Source: Alphaproteobacteria bacterium (lineage in GTDB: Bacteria > Pseudomonadota > Alphaproteobacteria > MPNO01). Taken from it: a stretch of DNA of 64,000 bases. Below, piece after piece: positions 8,274-16,188 of the stretch; positions within the stretch are counted from its first letter, which is position 1, and the number at the start of each line of letters is the position of its first letter. The translations under genes were made by a program, and so were the position numbers. Location of the stretch: assembly GCA_963422565.1 (NCBI GenBank), contig OY730228.1, positions 560,622 through 624,621 of the forward strand, given 5' to 3'. The notes under the pieces were generated by a model that did no database searches, was not told the DNA's origin, and saw only the letters and a list, made by a program, of their open reading frames with translations.

Positions 8274-9389
8274 TCAGATCAGATGGCCGCTCTTCCGCGC
8301 CTTGGTCGACAGGTAGAACGCATTGTGATCGTTGGCCGGGAAGGCGTGCGGGACCCGTTCGACGACGTCGATCCCGAAACCGGTCAGGGCCTCGACCTTG
8401 TCCGGGTTGTTGGTCATCAACCGCACCCTGGCGAAGCCGAGCTGGCGGAGCATTTCGGCCGCCGGAAGAAACAGGCGCTCATCGGCTTCGAAGCCCAGCC
8501 TCTCGTTGGCCTCGACCGTATCGAATCCCTGGTCCTGCAAGGCGTAGGCGCGAAGCTTGTTGATCAGGCCGATCCCCCGCCCCTCCTGCGCGAGATAGAG
8601 CAGCACGCCGCCACCCGCCTGCGAAATCCGCGCGATCGCGCCCTGCAGCTGCTGGCCGCAATCGCATTTGAGCGAGCCGAGGAGATCGCCGGTAAAGCAT
8701 TCCGAATGCAGCCGCGCCAGAACCGGCCCCGGCGGGGCGGGATCGCCGATGACGATCGCCAGATGCTCGATGCCGCCGTCGGCCGGGCGAAAGGCGGCGA
8801 TTCGCGCCGACTCCGCGCCCGCCAGCGGCACCCGCGCCTCGGCGACCCGGCGCAGCGCGCGGGCGGCGGCGACATCGTAGGCCAGGATATCGCCCGCCAC
8901 GACGCTCAGCATGCCGGCGTCGCCGAGGGACGCCGCGCCCGCGCCGCCGCCCAGCTCGACGGCGAGCATGGCGGGCAGCAGCCGGGCGATCTTGGCGAGG
9001 CGAACGCCCGCGACCACGCTGGCGGGAACCGGATCACGCCGCGCATCGAACGGACCGCGCAACGGCCGGAGAAGATCGGCCGTCGGATCGGCGATGGCGG
9101 CGAGCGCCTCGACCGACAGCCATCCGGGTATCGGGAGACGCACGACATCGGGCGTATAGAGCCGGATCTTGAGAGTCGCCGCCCGGTTGTGGGTGATCGC
9201 CAGATCGGGCTCCGCCCCCGACCAGCGGCGCAGCGCCGCGATCCGGGGCTCGGACGCGAACTCGGCGGCGAACATCGCCGCGGCGGTGCCGGCCGGGTCG
9301 TCGTCGGTCACGATCACCGGCAAAGCGCGGCGGAGGTCGCCGGCGGCCCGGTCGACCCCGGCCAGGCGGGAGATGCGATAGCCGGTCAT
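8274..9389 (-). CDS. ribA: GTP cyclohydrolase II with the N-terminal extension typical of alphaproteobacteria
   Basis: RLHSECFTGDLLGSLKCDCG, QEGRGIGLINKLRAYALQDQGFDTVEAN, TNNPDKV. Start taken as MTGYRIS. Confidence 0.95.
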   Translation of the reverse strand: MTGYRISRLAGVDRAAGDLRRALPVIVTDDDPAGTAAAMFAAEFASEPRIAALRRWSGAEPDLAITHNRAATLKIRLYTPDVVRLPIPGWLSVEALAAIADPTADLLRPLRGPFDARRDPVPASVVAGVRLAKIARLLPAMLAVELGGGAGAASLGDAGMLSVVAGDILAYDVAAARALRRVAEARVPLAGAESARIAAFRPADGGIEHLAIVIGDPAPPGPVLARLHSECFTGDLLGSLKCDCGQQLQGAIARISQAGGGVLLYLAQEGRGIGLINKLRAYALQDQGFDTVEANERLGFEADERLFLPAAEMLRQLGFARVRLMTNNPDKVEALTGFGIDVVERVPHAFPANDHNAFYLSTKARKSGHLI

Positions 9390-9539
9390 GCCCCCTTGAT
9401 AGCCGCGCCCGAACCGCCGGGCAAACGCGGATAGCGATGCCGGTTTCGGCGTCCCGGCGGCGGTGCCTTGCCGGCGCCCCCGGGCTATGACAGTCTGGCG
9501 CCCTCTTCGACGGGTTCCGGGAAGGACGATCCGCCGGCG

Positions 9540-10556
9540 ATGGATGCGGAACGGGTCAAGGACATGGCCAGGGGCTTGGGCGCGGACCTCGTCGGCATCG
9601 CCGATGCGGCGGTCCTGAACGCCTTCCCGCCCGATCCGCTCCATCCCCAGACGCCGGACAGGATTTCGCCGCGCGTCAAGTCGGCGATCGCGATCGTCCA
9701 GCGCATCCCCGCCGGCGCGTTTCGCTGCAAGAGCAACGTCCCGGTCCAGTACATGGACATGCTGGTGCTGCGCCGCATGGACCGAATCGCCTGGCGTCTG
9801 GTCGAGGCGATGGAGCGCGCCGGCCATCCGAGCTTCGTCACCGCCGCGCAGGAGACCGACTGGTCCTACAAGCGCGCCTCCTACGGGCGGCTCAGCACCC
9901 GCCATCTCGGGATCGAGGCGGGGCTCGGCACGTTCGGCCTCGAGGTCAACATCCTCACCCCGGAATTCGGGCCGCGGGTCTATCTGACGGGGGTGCTCAC
10001 CGAATGCGCGCTCGAGGCGGACCGGCCGATGACCGAGCAGGTCTGCATCGGGGAGAGCTGCAGCCGCTGCCTCCATTCCTGCCCCACCGATGCCGTCCGC
10101 CATTTCGGGATCGACAAGCGCGCCTGCGCCACCGAGGCGCAGGAGTTCGGCTTCTCGACGATCCTCAAATTCTGGGAGCATTTCATCCGGTCGGACGGAA
10201 CGGTCAGGCGACGGCTGATCGTCGACCGCGAGATGTTCGGCTTCTGGCAGGGCCTGCTGCGGGTCGTGGGCTCGTTCGGGGACTGCCCCCGCTGTCTCGC
10301 GGTCTGCCCGGTGGGCAACGACTATCACGCCCATCTCGCGGACATCCAGAAGATCGTCCCGGAGAAGACGCCCGAGAAGGTCGCCAAGGCGCGCGGCTTC
10401 AAGGAGGCGCGCAAGTCCGGCGCGCGGATCGACGGGCTCGACGACTGGAACATCCGCTGGGTCGGGCCGGACGGCTACAAGGGGATCGTCGCGCGGCAGC
10501 TCCGGGCGTTCAAGGCCGCGCAGCGCGCGCGCCGGGAACGGGAGACGGCGGGCTGA
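9540..10556 (+). CDS. QueG/reductive-dehalogenase-like 2x[4Fe-4S] protein, paralog A (putatively cobalamin-binding)
   Basis: LGADLVGIAD, AGLGTFGLEVNILTPEFGPRVYLTGVLT, CIGESCSRCLHSCP...C...CPRCLAVCP. No Tat signal. Confidence 0.8.
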   Translation: MDAERVKDMARGLGADLVGIADAAVLNAFPPDPLHPQTPDRISPRVKSAIAIVQRIPAGAFRCKSNVPVQYMDMLVLRRMDRIAWRLVEAMERAGHPSFVTAAQETDWSYKRASYGRLSTRHLGIEAGLGTFGLEVNILTPEFGPRVYLTGVLTECALEADRPMTEQVCIGESCSRCLHSCPTDAVRHFGIDKRACATEAQEFGFSTILKFWEHFIRSDGTVRRRLIVDREMFGFWQGLLRVVGSFGDCPRCLAVCPVGNDYHAHLADIQKIVPEKTPEKVAKARGFKEARKSGARIDGLDDWNIRWVGPDGYKGIVARQLRAFKAAQRARRERETAG

Positions 10557-10559
10557 CGC

Positions 10560-11570
10560 ATGACGTCCGCGTTCAAGACCCCGATCGCCGCCGAGACGAT
10601 CAAGGAAAAGGCGCTGGAGCTCGGCGCCGACCTCGCGGGCATTGCCGACGGCGCGGTGATGGACGCGTTTCCGCCCGACCCGCGCGATCCGCGCCGCCCG
10701 GCCGACATAACCGACCATGACGGCGACCGGGTGATCGTGCTCGCCAAGCGCTATTCGGCGGGAACGACCCGCATCGCCCGCTGGGACGAACGCCACAAAT
10801 ACTATAATGACGAGCTCACCCTGACGCGGCTCGAGGAGACCGCGCTCGATCTGGTCTTCTGGCTCGAGGAGCAGGGCCATCCGGCGCTCACCATCCCACC
10901 GACCCATGTCGATCCGTGGCGCTATGTCGGGGAGCCCGGCCGGCATATGACGACGATGCTGTCCCTCGCCCATGCGGCCGTCGAGGCCGGGCTCGGGACG
11001 CTCGGGCTCAACCTCCAGCTGATCACGCCGGCCTTCGGCCCGCGGGTCATCCTGGCCGCGGTCCTCTGCTCGGTCGACTGCGCGCCCGACCGCCGGATGA
11101 CCGAGGCGCTGTGCCTGGGGCCGGAATGCGGGCGCTGTCTCGCCGCCTGCCCGGGCGATGTCGTCGCGCATTGGGACCGCGACTGGGTGGCCTGCGACCG
11201 CTATCGGTCGCCGCACGGTTTCGCCCAGCTGGGCGCGCATCTGACCGAGATCATGGACGCCCCCGACGAAGCCGCGAAGCTCGCTCTGATCCGTTCGGAG
11301 ACCAGCTTCAATCTGTGGCAGAGCATTCTGCGCGGCGCGGGAGTCGTCACCGGCTGCCGGCGCTGTCAGGATGTCTGCCCGGTCGGCGAGGATTACGGCG
11401 CCATGATCGAGGACGCGCTGCGGGATATCCCCGAAGACACCCCCGACAAGGCGGCGCGTCTGGCCCGCATGGTGGCGGACGAGGCGGCGGGCCGGCTGCC
11501 GGAGAGCCACGAGGCCCAGTCGCGCTGGATCGGCGCGCGCGGCCGTCCCGACCCTCCCGATTCGTCATGA
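10560..11570 (+). CDS. QueG/reductive-dehalogenase-like 2x[4Fe-4S] protein, paralog B
   Basis: LGADLAGIAD, HAAVEAGLGTLGLNLQLITPAFGPRV, CLGPECGRCLAACP...C...CRRCQDVCP. Starts 3 nt after the stop of paralog A. Confidence 0.8.
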   Translation: MTSAFKTPIAAETIKEKALELGADLAGIADGAVMDAFPPDPRDPRRPADITDHDGDRVIVLAKRYSAGTTRIARWDERHKYYNDELTLTRLEETALDLVFWLEEQGHPALTIPPTHVDPWRYVGEPGRHMTTMLSLAHAAVEAGLGTLGLNLQLITPAFGPRVILAAVLCSVDCAPDRRMTEALCLGPECGRCLAACPGDVVAHWDRDWVACDRYRSPHGFAQLGAHLTEIMDAPDEAAKLALIRSETSFNLWQSILRGAGVVTGCRRCQDVCPVGEDYGAMIEDALRDIPEDTPDKAARLARMVADEAAGRLPESHEAQSRWIGARGRPDPPDSS

Positions 11571-12922
11571 CCGCGCTGGAGCGCCTCGCCGACACCCATC
11601 GCAACGCACATTACGCGGACCTGCCGATCTGCCTGCCCGAGAGCGCCGAGGAGATCGCGGAGATCCAGCGCAGACGCAAGAAGGAAGCCGTCGCGCGCGC
11701 CCGCCGATCGCATTTCTGGCGCCGCCGACTCGGCCATATCGACCTCGACAGGCTCGACGAGCCCGAGGAGTGGGCGCGCATCCCGATCCTGACCAAGGAC
11801 GCGCTGCGGGCGATGACGCCGGATGTCTTCTATGCCGATTTCTGCACCGCATCGGGCGGCCGGGTCTGCGAGTTCTGGCGCTCGGGCGGCAGCACCGGGC
11901 GCCCCCTCTTCTATCCGAAGACCCGGGAGGACATGCTCTACAACATGATCGGGTTCACCCGGACCTTCGCCTGCGCGCGGATCGGCGCCGCGCCGGGATC
12001 GGAGGAGCGCGTTCATCTGTCGATGCCGCTCGGCATCCATCCGGCGGGCCATGCCTGGGCGCGGGCGGCCGAGATCGTGGGGCTCGGGGTGGTCTGGGCC
12101 GGTTCCGGCGCGGCGCTGCCGTCGGTTCAGCAGCTCGACCTGATCGACATGCTGTCGCCCACCGTCTGGCTCGGCATGTCGAGCTATGGGCTGCATCTCG
12201 CCAATGTCGCCAGCGGCGCGGGGCGCGACCTCGCGGCGAGCTCGGTCCGGACCGTGATGTGCACCGCCGAGCCCTGCTCCGCCGCCAAGCGGGAGAAGCT
12301 GGAGCGCGACTGGGGCGCCAGGGTCTATGACTGCTTCGGCATGACCGAGGCCACCATGCTAGGCGCCGAGGGCCCGTCGCGGACGGGGTTCCGCGTCTGG
12401 TCCGATCTCGCATATTTCGAAGTGCTCGATCCCGAGACGCGGGCGCCGGTGGCGCCCGGCCGGCCGGGCCGCCTCGTGGTCACGCCGCTGTTCGGGAACG
12501 AGGGCGCCCCGTTCCTGCGCTGGGATTCGGGCGACATCGTGGCGATGAACGCCGATGCCGGCGACGACGGCGCGTTCTCGGTCTTCCCGACGCTCCGCCA
12601 TGCGCATCGCACGGCCGGCTTCTTCAAGATTCGCGGGGTGAACGTCAACCATCAGGAATTCGAGGACATGATGTTCGCCCGCGCCGACGTCAACGACTTC
12701 AAGGCGGAGGCGGTCAGCGGACCGACGGGGCTCGACTCGTTGCGGGTCTCGGTCGAATTCCGCCGGGGAGTGCCTGCCGAAACCGCGCGCCGGGAGATCC
12801 TGCGCCGGACGAAATCGGTCTTCGAGATCACGCCCGAGCTGGCGGTTCTCGAACCGGGCACGCTCGGCCGCGAGTTCGAGAACAGCGTGAAGGCGCCCCG
12901 TTTCGTCGACCGTCGGGACTGA
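11567..12922 (+). CDS. Phenylacetate-CoA ligase (PaaK)-like adenylate-forming enzyme
   Basis: ATGA overlap with paralog B; IPILTKDALR, RSGGSTGRP, YDCFGMTE, PFLRWDSGD, KIRGVNV. Confidence 0.88.
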   Translation: MTALERLADTHRNAHYADLPICLPESAEEIAEIQRRRKKEAVARARRSHFWRRRLGHIDLDRLDEPEEWARIPILTKDALRAMTPDVFYADFCTASGGRVCEFWRSGGSTGRPLFYPKTREDMLYNMIGFTRTFACARIGAAPGSEERVHLSMPLGIHPAGHAWARAAEIVGLGVVWAGSGAALPSVQQLDLIDMLSPTVWLGMSSYGLHLANVASGAGRDLAASSVRTVMCTAEPCSAAKREKLERDWGARVYDCFGMTEATMLGAEGPSRTGFRVWSDLAYFEVLDPETRAPVAPGRPGRLVVTPLFGNEGAPFLRWDSGDIVAMNADAGDDGAFSVFPTLRHAHRTAGFFKIRGVNVNHQEFEDMMFARADVNDFKAEAVSGPTGLDSLRVSVEFRRGVPAETARREILRRTKSVFEITPELAVLEPGTLGREFENSVKAPRFVDRRD

Positions 12923-12954
12923 GCGCGCGAACGGCCCCGACGGTGCCGGAAGTT

Positions 12955-12990
12955 CCCTCCCCTCTCGAGGGGCGGGCCAGGGTGGGGGTG
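12955..12990. repeat. Alphaproteobacterial REP/CIR-like intergenic hairpin element
   Basis: CCCTCCCCTCTCGAGGGGCGGGCCAGGGTGGGGGTG between convergent genes; resembles the CCCTCCCC..GGGGAGGG..GGGTGGGGG repeat family. Confidence 0.5.
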
Positions 12991-13013
12991 GCGGTCTCCG
13001 CCGACGCCTCGGG

Positions 13014-13442
13014 TCAGGTCTCGGCGCCGAGCCCCGCCGCCTCGATCCCGGCGAGGGCAGCCGTCTCGTCGTTCTCCGAACTGTCGCCGCTGACCCCGAC
13101 CGCGCCGACGATCTCGTCTCCGTCCTTGATGAGCACGCCGCCCGGCACCGGGATCAGCCGCCCCGCAGACGCGCCGATCAGGGCGTCGATGAAATGCGGC
13201 CGCTCGGCGGCCATCGCGTTCAGCACGCGGGACGACCGGCCCATGCCCACCGCCCCGAAGGCCTTGCCGGTCGCGATCTGCGGTCTGAGCGCGGCGCCGG
13301 GACCGTCCTCCCGCTTGAAGGCCTTGAGGTTGCCGCCGTCGTCGACGACGGAGACGGTCAGCGGCTTGAGACCCATCCTGCGACCGGTCTCGAGGGTCGT
13401 ATCGACGATCGTCGAAGCCTGTGCCAGCGTCAGTTTCGCCAC
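13014..13442 (-). CDS. GlcG/HbpS heme-binding family protein
   Basis: GTG start with AGGGGAAG RBS; VSVVDDGGNLKAFKREDG, IATGKAFGA, VPGGVLI...VGAVGVSGDSSENDE. Confidence 0.9.
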   Translation of the reverse strand: MAKLTLAQASTIVDTTLETGRRMGLKPLTVSVVDDGGNLKAFKREDGPGAALRPQIATGKAFGAVGMGRSSRVLNAMAAERPHFIDALIGASAGRLIPVPGGVLIKDGDEIVGAVGVSGDSSENDETAALAGIEAAGLGAET

Positions 13443-13536
13443 GGTCGCTTCCCCTGTATATGGTCGGTGCGTCGACAACGGTAATCGGGCGCGGCCCGCC
13501 GGAAAAGCCCGGCCCGCCCGAAGGGGCAAGTGCCGC

Positions 13537-14418
13537 ATGGTCATGTCGAAGCGTCGCTGCGGGCTGATCGAGATCCAGGCCGTCGAGGAATGGACCGGGC
13601 TCTATCGCGATCCGCTCGAGATGTATCCGGACGCCACCCCCGAGATCGTCGCCCGCCATCGCGACTGGCTGGTACCGGAGACGATGGACGCCGAGACCGG
13701 GCGGATGATCTTCGCGTTCCAGAGCTATCTCCTGCGGACTCCCCGCTGCACCATCCTGGTCGACGGCTGCGTGGGCAACGACAAGGACCGCCCGGACAGG
13801 CCCGACTGGCACCGCAGGAGCTGGCCCTGGCTGGAGAATCTGCGCGCGGCCGGCGTCGCCCCGGAAGAGATCGATTTCGTGATGTGCACCCATCTGCATG
13901 TCGATCACGTGGGCTGGAACACCCGGCTGGAGAACGGGCGCTGGGTGCCGACCTTCCCGAACGCCTCCTATCTGTTCGGCGAGACCGAATACCGCTTCTG
14001 GGAGCGCGAGCACGTGAAAGTCCCGTTCATCCGCAACAGCTTCGAAGACAGCGTCCTGCCGGTCGTGGAGGCCGGGAAAGCGGTGCTGGTCGGCGACGGG
14101 CACGAGGTGGACGACGGCGTGACGATCGCGCCTTCGCCCGGGCACACGCCGGGACATATGTGCCTGAACGTCGCCTCGCAGCGAGAGAGGGCGGTCTTTT
14201 CGGGAGACCTGATGCATCACCCGATCCAGGTGCCGGAGCCGCAGCTCTCCTCGATCTTCTGCGCCGACGCCGAAGCGTCGCGGCGAACCCGAACCGCCTT
14301 CGTCGAACGCCATTGCGACGCCGACACGGTCATCCTGCCGGCGCATTTTCCGGGCCGTTCGGCGGGCCGGATCAGGGACCATGGTGGGACCGCCCGGTTC
14401 GAGTTCTGCGATGCGTAG
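13537..14418 (+). CDS. MBL-fold metallo-hydrolase
   Basis: CTHLHVDHVGWNT (HxHxDH), SPGHTPGH, FSGDLMHH, LPAHF. Confidence 0.92.
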   Translation: MVMSKRRCGLIEIQAVEEWTGLYRDPLEMYPDATPEIVARHRDWLVPETMDAETGRMIFAFQSYLLRTPRCTILVDGCVGNDKDRPDRPDWHRRSWPWLENLRAAGVAPEEIDFVMCTHLHVDHVGWNTRLENGRWVPTFPNASYLFGETEYRFWEREHVKVPFIRNSFEDSVLPVVEAGKAVLVGDGHEVDDGVTIAPSPGHTPGHMCLNVASQRERAVFSGDLMHHPIQVPEPQLSSIFCADAEASRRTRTAFVERHCDADTVILPAHFPGRSAGRIRDHGGTARFEFCDA

Positions 14419-14427
14419 GCGCGGGCC

Positions 14428-15231
14428 GTGATCCGGGTCGGCATCGCCGGGCTGGGCGCGGTCGGCCGGCCCGTCGCCGCGGCGCTCGCCCGCGGCGTGG
14501 ACGGGTTGGTCCTGACGGCGGTGGCGAGCCGCGACCCCGCCCGCGCCGGCGCCCGCATGTCGGGAATCGCCGCGGAAGCGCGCGCGGTTCCGGCCGAGGA
14601 ATTGCCGCGCCACGCCGACGTCGTCGTCGAATGCGTGCCCAAGGCCGCCTTCGCGGCGGTCGCCCGGCCCGTCGTCGAGGCCGGAAAGACGCTGGTCACG
14701 GTCAGCGGGGCGGCGCTTCTGGAGCATCCCGAGATCGTCGCGCGCGCGCGCGGGACGGGCGCCCGGATCCTGCTCGCGACCGGCGCCCTCCTCGGCCTCG
14801 ACGCGGTTCGCGCGGCGGCCGAAGGCGAGATTCGCGCGGTTCGGATGATCACGCGGAAACCGCCTCGCGCCCTCGCCGGGGCGCCTCATCTCGCAGAGAA
14901 CGGCATCTCGGTCGACGATCTGACGGAACCGCTCAGGGTTTTCGAGGGCTCGGCGCGCGCGGGCGCGGCGGGGTTTCCCGCCAACGTCAATGTCGCCGCG
15001 GCGTTGGGGCTCGCAGGGATTGGCCCCGACCGGACCAGGCTCGAAATCTGGGCGGATCCGTCGCTCCGGCGCAACACGCACGAGATCCACGTCGAGGCCG
15101 ACAGCGCGCGCTTCACGATGAAGATCGAGAACGTGCCGTCGGCGGAGACTCCGGGGACCGGCCGGATCACCGCGCTCAGCGTCGTCGCCGCGCTCCGGAG
15201 CCTCGCCGCGCCGCTCAGGGTGGGCTCCTGA
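14428..15231 (+). CDS. L-aspartate dehydrogenase (NadX)-like oxidoreductase
   Basis: RVGIAGLGAVG Rossmann motif; ATGALLGLDAVRAA, TRKPP, FPANVNVAAAL, RNTHEI, TGRITALS. Confidence 0.88.
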   Translation: MIRVGIAGLGAVGRPVAAALARGVDGLVLTAVASRDPARAGARMSGIAAEARAVPAEELPRHADVVVECVPKAAFAAVARPVVEAGKTLVTVSGAALLEHPEIVARARGTGARILLATGALLGLDAVRAAAEGEIRAVRMITRKPPRALAGAPHLAENGISVDDLTEPLRVFEGSARAGAAGFPANVNVAAALGLAGIGPDRTRLEIWADPSLRRNTHEIHVEADSARFTMKIENVPSAETPGTGRITALSVVAALRSLAAPLRVGS

Positions 15232-15279
15232 TCCGCCGGTCGCAACGCCCTACCGACCAGACGCAGACGGGAGGAGCCG

Positions 15280-16188
15280 ATGGAATACCGGGCGCTCAAA
15301 TGGGAGGTCCGCGACAACCCGAACCGGGCCGGGGAGAACTGTATCGGCCTGCTCACCTTCAACCGGCCGGAGGCGCTGAACGCGGTCGACGTGCGGATGC
15401 GGGTCGAGCTCGACGCGCTATGCGACCAGATCCGCCACAACAACCACCTCAAGGTGGTGATCCTGACCGGCGAGGGGCGCGGCTTCTCCGCCGGCGGCGA
15501 TCTCAAGACCGAGGCCGACCCGCTGGGCGCCGGGGACGATCCCGATTTCGACATGGGCAATTTCGGCCCCTATCGGGAGCTCGCCCATCTGTTCTTCAAC
15601 GATCTCAGGCACCAGGTCCTCCAGCGGGCCTTCCGCAAGCTCGAGGACCTGCCCCAGATCACGGTCGCCGCGATCAACGGGCCGGCGGTGGGCATCGGGC
15701 TCGAGATCGCGACGCTGTGCGATCTCAGGATCGCCTCGGATCGCGCCAGACTGGGCGAGGTCGCGGTGCCGGCGGGGTTCCTGCCCGAATCGGGCGGCGC
15801 GCGGAACCTGCCCAAGCTCGTCGGGGTCGGGAAGGCGCTCGAGCTCATCCTGACCGGCCGCATCGTCGACGCCCAGGAAGCCGAGCGCATCGGCCTCGTC
15901 GAGCGCGTCGTCCCCCATGACGCCCTCCTCGACGAGGTGACGGCGCTCGCGGGTCGGATCGCCAGCAACCCGTTCCTCTCGGTGCGTTACGCCAAGGAGC
16001 TGGTGAAGATGTACTGGAACGCCAACCGCAGCCAGGAAGGCTGGGACCGCGAGTTCGCGGCGATCCAGGAGATCACCCGAACCGGCGACTGCCGCGAGGG
16101 GATGCGCGCCTTCCTGGGCAAGCGGCCGGCCGACTATCGCGGCCCCTATTACGAGCACTGGCCGTTCGAAGGGAAGCCGGGTGGCTGA
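15280..16188 (+). CDS. Crotonase-superfamily enoyl-CoA hydratase/isomerase
   Basis: FNRPEALNA, FSAGGDL, AAINGPAVGIGLE, GFLPESGG. Confidence 0.92.
   Translation: MEYRALKWEVRDNPNRAGENCIGLLTFNRPEALNAVDVRMRVELDALCDQIRHNNHLKVVILTGEGRGFSAGGDLKTEADPLGAGDDPDFDMGNFGPYRELAHLFFNDLRHQVLQRAFRKLEDLPQITVAAINGPAVGIGLEIATLCDLRIASDRARLGEVAVPAGFLPESGGARNLPKLVGVGKALELILTGRIVDAQEAERIGLVERVVPHDALLDEVTALAGRIASNPFLSVRYAKELVKMYWNANRSQEGWDREFAAIQEITRTGDCREGMRAFLGKRPADYRGPYYEHWPFEGKPGG

Noticed and set aside
9540-11570. Annotation as canonical queG
   Set aside because: There are two divergent copies, altered Cys spacing, no recognisable QueG tRNA-binding or active-site motifs by eye, and a catabolic neighbourhood. 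Left at family level.
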